Assembly: GCA_030141605.1 (NCBI GenBank)
Contig: JAQGDQ010000092.1
Coordinates: 595,730-659,729 of the forward strand
DNA: 64,000 nucleotides
Direction of reading: 5' to 3'
Source: Tubiluchus corallicola
Taxonomy: Eukaryota; Animalia; Priapulida
The position numbers and the translations under genes are program-made. Of this stretch, positions 13,501 to 25,548 are shown one piece after another. The first letter of the stretch is position 1. Each line of letters begins with the position of its first letter. The notes under the pieces are model-generated. The model saw only the letters and a program-made list of their open reading frames with translations. It made no database searches and was not told the DNA's origin.

Positions 13501-16500
13501 ATGCATGTGTAATTATCTTCACTAGTTTTCTTGATGGGGTATATATAATTAGGTTATGGGCTCAAAACCAGTATAGTGCTTTTACCATATTATCTTTTAC
13601 TGCTGTTGTTTCGCTAGGAATATTGCCTGTCACTGTATGTATTATCATCGTTGTGTGTGTACTTGCAACGTATTGATCATAATGCCAAAAAGTTTCAGTA
13701 ATAATTTTCTTTTGAAGATAACATCTTGGTATAAACCAAATGAGACCTATGATTCAAAATTCACTGTGATAGGATCGTCGTTTGAAGAGTGTAGAGCAGA
13801 ATGTGTCGGAATGTACTTATGCCTTTGGGATGATATATTGAAGTAAGATGCTTGGGTTTTTATCTTCATTTTGTCAATGAAAATTTTCAACGTATTTCTT
13901 CATTTGCATTCATATTTATATATATATATGTAGCAATTTGATCTCACGAATTTGTATTATTGCCTATGTGTTTGCAATGTATTTTTCTTTGTTTATACAC
14001 TTGCAACGTACTGAAAGCCCAAATCCAGCACTCAGCAGCATAATCTGCTTATTATGTATGCTGTTATCCAATTACAAGCCTATATACAAGCCAATAAATG
14101 GGGAATGAGGCCAGAAAAGAGACCAACATTTATGGACCAGACATCAGATTTAATGTGTCTACTTTAGCACAACTCTGTACCTACATATGCCTGTTTTCAA
14201 ATTTCTTTTCCTATTTTTGCTACTTTGTTTACCCACTGATTGCTTGTGGTTTTTAAACTCAAGTGGATTGTTAAAAGTACATAAAGTTTATTTTACACTA
14301 GTCGTTTGTTTTTACATCACTAAAGTCAGCATGACATACAGGTGTTTTAATTTATTAACAGGGTATTTGGTCATGAAGGTCAGCAAGCTGAAGACGTTAT
14401 ATATGTAAATTGGTTGCTTATGGTTCGTGCGGGTTTACTCAGCTTGGAGTTTTATGCACCAAATACCAAGCAGTGGAAACAGGTTAGTCTCATGAAAATG
14501 GAACGTTTTTTGAAAGCTCCATGGTGTTCAGATTATGTTAACAGTACTGTGTGAATTTTGCTCCATTGAAATTTTGCATTATGATTATAATACATTTTTC
14601 TACTTCTGATACAAAAAGGAAGCTTAAAATTTTGAAAATATCTAGTACGATGATGTGATTTTGTGCACAATTTAATGTAATTATTTAGATTTATTTTTTA
14701 CTGCTTCACTGAAGTCAGTGTGTTACTTCATATGTGCTATTTAAAAGTAACTCATAATGATTCCATTTAACTGACTTAATTTTGCAATTTTTCCTATTGA
14801 CTTAACTCAACATTTAAGAATGTCTGCCAGAAGTAACAACATGTCTAAAAATAGCAATAATTAACTAAGAATAGCAAAATCTTCTTGAATCTCATGCAGT
14901 TATTTCTTTATTATTAACCGTTATTCTCCGCTAACATTTGTCTTAATAACTCCAAAGCTAGGGTCACGAAGCTCACAGAGAAAGTGGGCAGCCCTGGGCG
15001 GGAGAAGGACAGCAGTATGGTCAAAAGGTGAAGGGCAGTGGGCATCGGCTAGTTTTTACTATTGTAATTAAACTTCTTAGGGCTTTAAGTTTTTTCAAAT
15101 TATTTTCACAAATATTTAGATACTGTGCAGTAGATATGCACAAGGAGTTTTAAAAGGCCAATGTCTGAAGAGGAGAGAAAATGCAAAATCATGTGTGCCC
15201 ACTTTTGGGGTGACCTTTGAGACGCTTGAAAATTAAGGACCCAAAACTCACTGGGCGCACTCCCTAGACAAACTGAACTTTGTAAACATATTACCTGACA
15301 CTGTAGGTTCAAAAGTAACAGAATGCGCGGATTTTCATTTATTGTTCGTTATGTTCTATCCATTCTTATAGTTATGAGCTAGGACCACAATTTTGGGTAT
15401 GCTGCTAGATTGGATTGTGAACTTGTACATGGCTAAATATAGGACATGTGCACACGGAAAAATTTTTGGGGGGACAGGAGCACCTTAAGTATTGAGTGAC
15501 AGTAGCTTGTAGCGTATCAAAATGAAAGGTCTCAATGAGGCAAATCGATTGGTTATAGTTATGTCGAGAACAGTTAACCTCTGATCCCATTAGGACAAAA
15601 TAGGGATTGAGGAGACTAAAGATCAGATGAAAGGTCTCGATGAATCGAATGAAATACGTTGTCAGGATATTGTTGATCTTTCAATCTTAGGTCATGGGTT
15701 GAAAAGTTAGTTTCACTGTAAAATGCAGCTTTTAACTAAATCTTCAGTTTCTGACTACGTCAGAAATATTGTCAACTACTTATAATTTGTTTTTTGTGCG
15801 TGCAATTTAACCTGCAATGAATTGTTTTTTAGGCTCATATGCAAGCTAGATATGCCATATTACAAGTACTGCTTGCTGCTGGGAAAGAGTTGGTCACCAT
15901 ATCAAAGAGAATTGGTGAAGATGGTCAGCCAGATCTTTTAATGACCCTAGACAAAGATCAAATTCGGACTATAGGAAAGGCTGCTATTGGCGACTTTTTA
16001 CGAAAGATACAGGTATGTCTTCCTCATTCTTGCAGATTTGCTACAGAAACTGAAGAAGCTTTTTTATGTAGAAAATAGAAGACATTTTTTTGTAAGTGAA
16101 GAAAGTATGAGTGTTTTCATTGTCATCACCATTATTTTTGCCACTTTTGTCATTAGGAAACAGGAAAACATTTCTAGGGTACAAGAGAGAAACTTTCTGT
16201 TACTTATTACCTAGAACTTGCACTTTAAAATATAATCATTTTGTTATAATTTTTCGATTTGATTTAGTATAAAATGCTTCGAATTTTCTCACAAATTAGT
16301 ACTCTGTGTTTTTGTGAAAGGTTGCAAAAATGCATTGAGAAAAAACTAAAATAACTGCTTATTGGCAGTATTTGCTGTGTTAGAATTTCTTAAGAAAAAA
16401 ATAGAAGCAAAGAATTTTTTGCATTGCAATTCTTTCTATTGCTCACTTGGTTTTGGTGCTATGATTTATTACAATTAGAAAAAGAGTAAGTCTTCTTGAT

Positions 16501-18489
16501 TTGCAGCCTGCTTGCTTAACCAAGGAGCATTTTTTGCAACAACAATTTTTGTATTAAATATTGTACATAGAAAGACATATCCTGCTTTAGCTTTGGAGTC
16601 ATAGCTGCACATTGAAAAGGAGTAACTATTTTACACAGAAACCAGAAAACTGGTATTCTGAAATGCCAAGAGTAATCATAAAGGTAAAGAGTAACGTTGT
16701 ATGGAAAATTTCAATATTTTACAGGTGTATAAGTCCATGGGGGATGTGGAAAGTGCTAGAGCAATGTATGACAAATATAGTGAAGTCAGTGATGACGGTT
16801 CTATTCCATTCCTGTCTTATAGAACTATAGTGATGGAGCGCAAGCAGCCTAGAAAAATGCTTGTTCAACCAAACACAGTAGTTGAAGGTAGTAATAGCGT
16901 TTTTTGTGTATTGTCTGTAAACTTTATATATTGTCTTGTAAACAGAATGCACAGTCAATTTTGAGGAGTCTTTTTTGACTCTATTAGCTAAGATTAAGTT
17001 ATCACAACACTCGGTATTGCTTACAATTTAAAATTTAAGACTTTAGCTTGCCCCGTAGCAGCTTTACTAGTGGTCACACTCATTCACACCTGCTAACTGG
17101 GCTCATTGCTGTTAAAATTCAGCATCAAAGCACCCATTTTGACCACTCAGTTCAGCTACCCTCGCCCCTTTTTAATGAGCGTTAAGTAATAGCAATCACT
17201 ACGTAAGCATGATCTCAATTTTGCTGTGTTAAAGAACAAGAAAAGAGTTCTGTAAACTAAGTTTCAGAAAAATCAGATTTAAAATTTATATCATTTAGTG
17301 TCGATCTTTACCACCTTGATACTCACGTTAAGAGCAATTTCCATTTATTTGCATAGATTTTTAAATCTTGCGGAACTGTCACAGGCTCGCCATTGCATGA
17401 CTAATGTACAATCGGCTTTAAATTTGTTGTATACTGGGTAGTACATATGGCTAGTTATTTAAACAAAGTTTATCAAATTTTTGCGAATTAGAAATGTCCG
17501 ACATAATAAGAGCACTAAAAAGTTTCTTTATGCACGTCACATGCATTGTAAATATGGTGTTGTTAAATATGCAAGGGTTAAAATATGACAAATATAAACA
17601 AGTGTGTTAATCTGCATGGCTTCGTGCTACATTTTGAGATTGGTCACTTTTCCTTTAAAAGAAAGTGAAACCTTTCATTATGAAAATGATAAAATGTAAC
17701 AAGTACTAGTAAGCGACAAACTAATTTCTACTTCTTATCAAAGCATTCTTTACATTAAAATTGTATATTGCAATTCGGACTGCTCATCTGTGCAGAAAAA
17801 TACATTTTCTTCTGTGTCTCTCTCTTTTCTTTCTCTCTTTACTAAACAAGCAGTGTTTACTAGTAGAGTAGTACACATATATACAACACATTTTACCATT
17901 TGCGGGTTTCTTTACAAAGTGCAGGCCTTCTAACCAATATCAGAAAGTCAATAAATGTTACTAGCAAGAGTACCAGACCCACTTTACATAGTTATGTAAC
18001 TATTAGCAACATGCTTTGACTCCTAAGTTATTCATTGCATTTGCATGTACTTAAAGATTTGCTTGGCGCATAGGTGATGTCATGTAATGGTGCCCCCGAG
18101 ATAGTATTGCGGGAGTATTTAAAATGAAAACAAACAGGAATTTCTTTTAACACAAGTATCATGTATGCTTAAGATTGTTACTAAACTATATAAATCTTCA
18201 AGCTATTTTTTCTGAAGCTTAGTTTAAAAAACACTTTTCTTAGCCTTTAAATCACTGATAAGTTAAGCAATTGCCAGAGGCCATGTCAAAGAAACTATAC
18301 CATGCAGAGCTGTGTGTTACAGACAAATGAACATATTTTTATATAGGAAATGATGAAGCTGTAAAATTGACAGAATATGAATCAAGTCCCGAGGGTCTCA
18401 TCCAGTCATTTGCTGAGCGCTTTCCAAATGCTGACGTCGAAGAAGCAATTTTCTCACTGTGGGAGAAAGATCACAGTCATTTTTCTTAG
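1526..18489 (+). CDS. DPP3: Dipeptidyl peptidase 3 (M49 zinc peptidase), 17 coding exons, 725 aa
   Basis: Exons with AG/GT boundaries and consistent phases: 1526-1675, 2256-2378, 4177-4266, 4935-5069, 5777-5851, 6517-6607, 7096-7229, 7949-8079, 9780-9838, 11105-11299, 12471-12577, 13343-13498, 13718-13842, 14362-14482, 15833-16012, 16725-16887, 18347-18489 (sum 2178 nt, TAG stop). Translation is collinear with DPP3: [62 protein letters not shown], zinc motif HELLGH (13394-13411), EECRAE, QAHMQAR. Confidence 0.97.
5478..5617. repeat. Two-copy ~70 bp imperfect tandem duplication in DPP3 intron 4
   Basis: Unit ctattg.taatatg...tattggttaatcag...ttttacttgtttt.tgtgtttt occurs twice in succession. 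Confidence 0.75.
10055..10383. mobile_element. Non-autonomous hAT-type MITE (329 bp) in DPP3 intron 9
   Basis: Perfect 12-bp terminal inverted repeats CAGGGCCGGATT ... AATCCGGCCCTG, flanked by an exact 8-bp target-site duplication GTCAGAAC (10047-10054 and 10384-10391). An 8-bp TSD is characteristic of hAT. Confidence 0.92.
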
Positions 18490-18986
18490 TAATGCCTGTT
18501 ATGCAGCTGCCTGTGAAGTATTTGCTTTTCTAATGTTTTACTGTTTTCATCAATATTTATAATCGGATTGGATATGAGTACTATACGATAAACAGCATGT
18601 CTAATGTTGCCTATTAAACAGCATCGTTGCTCAGGTTAAAGTACTGAAACTTTATTTATTTGTATTATTGTAGTTTGCTTGTTTGCTAGTTAAATAGACT
18701 GAGTTTGAAATTTGAAAATTTGAAATTTAAATGTTCCTGGTCATAAGATCGTTGTTAGGATTGTAACATCAAATTTTTTAAAGTAAAATGAAATTCATCA
18801 ATTGCAACTCACTATAATGAGAAATCAGTGTCAGATATTTCATTATTTCAGGTATCCGGTTACTTTTCATTACATCCTGAGCTACAATATGACAAGTTTT
18901 ATTTTATTTTAGCAATTGTGACAGTACTGATGACGGATGATGATATTATGACTAAAACATTTACTGAGTTTCTTCCTTTGAGCCTC

Positions 18987-19035
18987 AATAAATATATTTT
19001 TAATAATCTGTAAATTGGCTTCTTGCTTGAATAAA
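18987..19035 (+). terminator. Candidate DPP3 polyadenylation signals
   Basis: AATAAA at about 18987 and about 19030, roughly 500 nt after the stop codon, followed by T/GT-rich sequence. Confidence 0.45.
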
Positions 19036-20799
19036 GTCACAAGATTTAGTTTGCCTATTGATTATTACTACATCTGGTTTGATCTATTGGTTGTTTTGAT
19101 TGATTACATGGCATGATTGATATAGCTCCCTGGAACTTTAATTAAGCTTAAATCTGACAATGTATAATTAATTTTATAGCCAATTTCTAAAGAATTTATG
19201 TGGCCAGACAGTTTCAGTAAAAAAATTAAGAGTGGCAATAAAGTTTGTTGCCACTGCTGTGCTGTATATATTCTGTTGATGTTAGCTTGGGTACTTACAT
19301 GTAAACTGTAAGATAAAAAGTTAATGTTTTTGCAAAAAAATGTTACAAAAAAACAACAACTTATTGCACATTATTTCATAATTTTGCGAGTTTGGTGATA
19401 GAGGCAACTGTAATTTAACGGCCTGTTTTGACCTGAAACTTTTCACGTAAAAAACAGAAATCTTTCATTTGTTAATTATTTTTCTACTTGTTTGGTTTCC
19501 GTATTGTTTGAAAAATACATGTAAGCAAATAAAATTCACCTTTGTTAAATTAATAATACGCATTGTTTTTATAAAAAGAATGAGAATGTTTGGTAAATTT
19601 GCAAGTTATTACAATTACTAATTCATAAAAATTGATAAAATAAATATTAATTATAATAGTTGTTGCTGGAGTGGCTATTATTATTATTATCATTCTCGTT
19701 ATTAGTATTATGAAAATGTTTCATTGGATTAAAAATATTAGCCACTCAGTGTTTTGTAACTCTGTATAGGACATTGCGAGTGCATCTGCATGTGCTGACT
19801 ATATGGGCTATAACATCAAGCCTAATGAATATCACATTGTCTGTCTATATTAATAAATAATATTATGACGTTTAATTATGTCAAGTTTAAAACGGGACAA
19901 CAAGCTGAGATTTTGCCGCCACCTCAAACTTCATTCACTTGCCCACTATAATGAAATCAGAAGGTTGTGCGAAAATAAACTCTCCAACCTGCGTTTCTCA
20001 AAAAAAATTCACTTACAAAAACTACTTGAATAGCAAAGTGCTATTTATCTTGGCGTCTTACAGAAATCACAAAAATGATGTTAATCTGTTTGGAGAATTT
20101 CTCCACAAAGGCAACAAAAATTTCACAAAAACAAATAGTGACTGACACAAGTATGTAGGTAATAAAAACGTGAAACCCAAAAGTTAAGTCAAATTACCAT
20201 ACTTTTATGCAAGTTCCCTTTTCTGTTTTAGGCTATATTAAGTGAAATTATTATTTTATATATTTTTATGTCTAATATGCATTATATCATTAATTTGCAT
20301 ATCTATATTACTTAAATAACATATATGTTTGACAAAATAATGTTTTTAAATCATTTCTGTTAGATATTGCACAATTAAATACTTTAATGTTTTAATTTCA
20401 GCTAATATGTGTCGTCTACAGAAACATATTTACCACAAGCTTGAGCTATATAGCTCGCTTGTATAATTTTTTTGTCCGACATTGTTTTTTGTAATTAATA
20501 CCTACACAAATTTAATATTATGTTATATTCACCAGCAGCTGAATTCACATTAAATTTTTGCCATCATAAAAATAGAGCAGGTTTTTTACTGCTTTGCTAC
20601 TTGTACAATAAGTCAGACTCATGTGAACCAAGATAATAACTTCTAGCAGTAGCTTCCTGTAATAATATTTTAAGACTCTACTTTGTACTGTGTTTCTAAA
20701 GCTCCTAATGACTTGTAATGTAATTTTCGTATTAAGCATTCTGCAATTCTATTTTTTCTTGTGTCTTTGACTGATGTGTTTTTAGTAATTCTTGTTAAA

Positions 20800-20990
20800 T
20801 GGCATTCACCTGGCATTCAGAATGCGTATGCGTTATCCACCTACTGAATAGTTGCGTATAAAAAATCAGTAGCAAATGGCTGCAGAAAAAATAACACATA
20901 ACGAATGTCTGATTAACGGTGCACTGAAAACAATATAAACTTAATTTGTCTATTCCGCAGCCGCACTCCGAATATGTTAGGTAAATGCCA
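20800..20990. mobile_element. Degenerate MITE (inverted-repeat element) just upstream of the Rsf1-like gene
   Basis: Left end TGGCATTCACCTGGCATTCAGAATGCGTATGCG matches the reverse complement of the right end CGCAGCCGCACTCCGAATATGTTAGGTAAATGCCA with several mismatches. Confidence 0.6.
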
Positions 20991-21432
20991 CTTTAGACGT
21001 AGAATTTGTCAAATCTACTCCGTAACTACTATTGTGTGTGTGTTTGCGCAATAAAATTGAATTGAATTGAATAAAAATTTTGTGAACGGCGCGAATGGTG
21101 ACGCCTCTGTCGCGGTAAACGTGTAGGTGAAATTCTTTGTTTGCCGGCATTTAATTTTTAGTAACGATTGGATTTTGCAGAAATTGTTTACATTATTAAG
21201 GCGGATTTCACCTGTATAACGATAAGTAATATCATTCAGTCAGTTTATCATAATAGTTATATTATTTCGTTACAACTTGATAATTACGTTTGTGATTATG
21301 ACAGTGTTTTTCTGTTTTCAGCGTGTGCGTTAATGTTAGAGCCTAGTTCTTTACAAGGTAGTACGAAGACATCATTTTACAAGTTAAAAAACAAAAAATA
21401 AATTTATATATTTTGTGTTTCAGGCTTTAGTC

Positions 21433-24400
21433 ATGAGTCAGAGTCAGAACTGTCGTCTTTTCGTTGGTGGACTTAAAGAACAAATCGGCAAAGAAGATAT
21501 TGAAAGAGAATTCGGTCATTTTGGGCGTATCCGTGATATATGGCTAGCACACGATCCGCCAGGCTTCGCTTTCGTCGAATTCACGGATGAAACTGATGCG
21601 CATGAGTGTATTAAAGGCCTGAATGGGCAGAAGATCATGGGTTGTCAAATTCGTGTCGAAATTTCTAAAGGTCGGCCACGAGAAGGTGGTGGTGGTCGTG
21701 GAGGTCGTGGGGGTGGGGGTCGAGGGTTTGGTCGTGGTGGTGGTGGCAGGGGCAGGGGTGGGAGGGGTGGTGGAAGAGATTTTGGCGGTCGTGACAGGTA
21801 CCCGCCTGCTCGAGATTACGCACCTCAGACAAGATCTTACGCGGACGATTATTATAGAGACGATTATCCACCGCCACCTAGAGAAAGAGCGTATATTAGA
21901 GCGTATGATAATGGGTGGGCAGATCGCCGCACGCCTCCAATAGGCTATCGAAGTCGTTCACCGGTCACACGCAGGTATATAGCAAGATGATATGTAACCT
22001 TGTAGCTTCACACCAGTATCGCACACTTGAATTATATTAGCTGTTAGCGTATTGCTATTCCTTGCTTTCATCGCTGTTTAATCAAATTTTTTCTGTAGCC
22101 TGGGACGATCAAGCACCATGAAATATGCTTGACTGTTATTTACTAGTAATGCTTAATTTTTCTTTCAGGAACAGTGTGCATGATACAGCAGTCGCATTTA
22201 GCTTTATAATGATTCCGCGTCAGTCGATTGAAAGTTGAAATTCATTCTGTACTCGGGATCCTAATTTTGGTTAACGCAATATTAATTTCGCTGGTATAAC
22301 ACATGCTCCCGCTAGTGAAATGAAATTCTGGAAAAGGAGATTCCTAATTTTTCATTTACTTCGCTAATTGATCATTTTTATTACAGGAATTATTGGTGTC
22401 TTGTGGCATTAAAAACGAGTTTCAGTGTCATGCCACATCGTCGAGTCTATATTGTAATCCGTTATATAAAATTCTGACAAACAATTTATAGTGAATTACT
22501 ACTGAAAATGTTACTTAAGGTGGAAGTATATACGTCGCATGCTTCTATTTCTTCGTATTTTATTGATTGGGTGCTATCCATATTGCGCTGTCTCACTTAA
22601 TTTCACTGTTCGCTCGTAAAATGTTGTAGCTGGTGGGCCAATTGGTATTTATGAAAATGGCTAATACACATCTATTGTAGATTTGCAGTCTCTTGACTGC
22701 ACTGAGTCAAAATTCCTCGCTTGCTGAAAATTGTGGTTACTTACATTATTGTAACATCGCTACAATTGTAACGTATTTGCAAAAGTTTGCAAATTTGAAT
22801 CGCACCCTCACTCACTATATGTCGTATATATCGCATAGCTTATATTTTTCGCGACAACCCCTGGCTCAATCTGGTTCCTCGGCTACTGAAGTCTTCTAAA
22901 TGGAGCTTGAGTTATGGCTACAATTGTAACGTATTTGCAAAAGTTTGCAAATTTGAATCGCACCCTGACTCACTATATGTCGTATATATCGCACAGCTTA
23001 TATTTTTCGCTATGACAACCCCTGGCTCACTCTGGTTCCTCGGCTACTGAAGTCTTCTGAATGGACCTTGAGTTGGGGCTACAACTGTAACGTATTTGCA
23101 AAAGTTTGCAAATTTGAATCGCACCCTTTCACTCACTATATGTCGTATATGTCGCACGGCTTATATTTTTCGCTATGACAACCCCTGGCTCACTCTGGTT
23201 CCTCGGCTACTGAAGTCTTCAGAATGGACCTTGGGTTATTCGTGCTGTTGTTAGGAGGTTTGGAAACTTGTAGTATTTTAACACTTGTTTTTTAAGATGT
23301 TAATGAAATTTTGATATTATATGTTAAGCATCTTGTCTAAGTATTTATTTATTCATGTAGTTGTACAACACTTGTTTTTTGATGGCATAGTTTATTATTT
23401 ATTGTATAACTACTGGAAGTATGTCCTTTATTAGTTATTTTTGCAATTTTTTTAGGCTTTAAACAATGAAAGCTTCAATTGTGCCCACAAATATAAGTTT
23501 ACATATTTTGTTTAAGGTATATACTAATTCTTTCTCAACTGCCAGGTAATATGCTACACTCTAGTTTCCACCTTGATTTATTTTTTCAGAACACCACCAC
23601 GTATGATACCACCTTCTCGAGGGCGAGATGCTGATTATCCGCCACCTACAAGAATTCCTCGAGATTATCCTCCTGCACCTCGGGAGTACGCCATACCCCC
23701 AAGAGGAGAATATGCTGCAGTTCGTTCATATAACCGAGAATATGCAGCTGCTCCACCTCGTAGAGAGTATGCTGCTGCGCCTAGCAGGTATGCAATATGA
23801 TCCTACTTATTTATGTAATATGGAAACTTCAAAGAGATTACTCATGATATTACAGTCGTCATATTTTATGTGCGCAATCATGCGTCACATTTTTTCCGTT
23901 ATGCAAAGGTGTGTACCGAAGGAACATATTTATCAAACGAACCAAAGCCGATTATTTTATGCTTGGGTGTTGCTGAATCAAAACTAAACTGGATAATAGT
24001 ACGTTGTACTGAACCGAATTCCGAATTAAATATCAAGTTAAAGTAAAACACTTATATGGAAGGTTTACCGGACCGGATTTTTATACATATGTTCATGAAA
24101 AAAATTCTGTGATCTGAATATTCGGTGTATCACTAATATGTATTTCACTTTATGTGAGGAAAGGTGAATGTGTATCTAGAAACAGAATAACCTTACTGCA
24201 TGTTAACCTCGGTATACCATTTTGTGGATGAACGTGTATGCAGTCTTTTTTCAGTGTTTGTCTAGTATGTGCATGTGCAAGTACTCATCCAAACTGGACC
24301 AAACAGACCGAACTATTTTGTGCTCGCTTACACTAAGATATAAATATGCATTAAAAAATTGCAGGTTATGTTGAGGTGTACGATCGTGTTTGACTTCTTT

Positions 24401-25548
24401 GGGCTCATAATTTTGTAGCCAGAAGCATTAATAATAGTGCTCCTGGTTGCTAAGTAAATTTGATGTATTTTTGGTATTCAGCGAAATTAACCATAAATAG
24501 GTGTTTTTTGAACTCTTTGCATACTTATTATTACAAGTAACTCTACACACAAATTAATAGAAAGAAACAAAAATATATTAGAATTGTTTGCTTGTGTTTA
24601 CAAGTGCTGCTATGTTTCTAATGTGGGATGTATCTTGGATATCTCTCACTGACAAAAATTAGTGTTGCCCATGGATATGGTGTAAAATTTGGCATGTAAT
24701 GTTCTCAAATATTTCTCTGTTATCAATCATTTTTCTTCTCTATGATTTAAAAATTATATACATAGTGTAATTATCAAACTTATCTTCAAATGTTGCCCGT
24801 ACGGTTGGGTACGAGTGTTCGTCAGATGGAAAGGAGAGAGGCAGTTTACTAAAATTTAATACCGGTGTAAATTCTGTGCTAAATATAGTCAAAAGATTAT
24901 TGCTGACAAATTGTGGGAAAAATGTTCTTGTTAATGTAATGATGAAATGTCATAAGTTGAAATAATGTATTGTCAACAAAAAGGAATGATGGTACAAATT
25001 TCGTGTGTGCTGGGGGTGCTGATACAAACACAGACAGTTTTGAGTGTTAATTATTGAGTGAATAATTGACTTTCAACTATAATGGAACTGAACTGACTAT
25101 TTTTAGATGAAAATTGGATATTAGCTAATTTTAGATAAAAAGATGCTGAAAATACATTTTGTATTTTAAAAAAATTGTGGAATTGTAATAATTTTTTATA
25201 AATCCATAATTTTGTAAAATTTAGTATAAATAAGGCAAATTTCCATTGCAGTATTGCTTTTGCAAATCGTCTTTTTTGGTTTGGGTTTGAGGCATTTTGA
25301 ATAGTTAGTGGAGTGAAAGACTCCTTTCTGAAAAGTCTTGCTTATTTTGGATCTCTCTCAAGAGTTGTTTTTACTACTTTTGTTATTGTTAGTTATACTG
25401 TTAAATTGCTTAAACTTTAAAGGAAATCTGCAACTCATTATTGAAATATAAGTGCAAAATTTAATTTGCACTTTGCATTTTTTACAGTGCTTATGCCAGT
25501 GCATACAGAAGCAGATCGCCGCCGCCTCAAGCATTACGTCGCTACTGA
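21433..25548 (+). CDS. Rsf1: Rsf1-like (SRSF3/7-related) RRM + RGG splicing regulator, 3 coding exons, 266 aa
   Basis: Exons 21433-21974, 23590-23787, 25488-25548 (801 nt, all junctions phase 2, TGA stop). The RRM has RNP2 RLFVGGL and RNP1 PPGFAFVEF and ends RVEISKGRPR, as I recall for Drosophila Rsf1. It is followed by a Gly/RGG tract, (R)DY/EY-Pro repeats and RSRSP motifs. There is no CCHC knuckle (so not SRSF7) and no long RS domain. Confidence 0.8.
22759..23238. repeat. Three-copy ~160 bp tandem repeat in the first coding-region intron of the Rsf1-like gene
   Basis: Units start at 22759, 22917 and 23078 (GCTACAA.TGTAACGTATTTGCAAAAGTTTGCAAATTTGAATCGCACCC...CTGGTTCCTCGGCTACTGAAGTCTTC). Copies differ by only a few substitutions and indels. 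Confidence 0.95.
24061..24135 (-). mobile_element. Terminus of a dispersed repeat (hAT-like TAG.GATG end), homologous to 51615-51690
   Basis: Reverse complement TAGTGATACACCGAATATTCAGATCACAGAATTTTTT...GTATAAAAATCCGGTCCGGTAAACCTT aligns with TAGAGATGCATCAAATATTTGGATCACCGATTTTTT...GTATAAAAATTTGGTCCAGTAAACTT at 51615. Confidence 0.6.

Noticed and set aside
21623-21943. Alternative-frame ORFs (Val-rich on +, His-rich on -) over the Rsf1-like exon
   Set aside because: Shadows of the GGT/GGC-rich RGG coding sequence.
22759-23238. CRISPR-like interpretation of the periodic repeat
   Set aside because: Whole 160-bp units repeat with no unique spacers, there are no cas genes, and the context is a eukaryotic intron.
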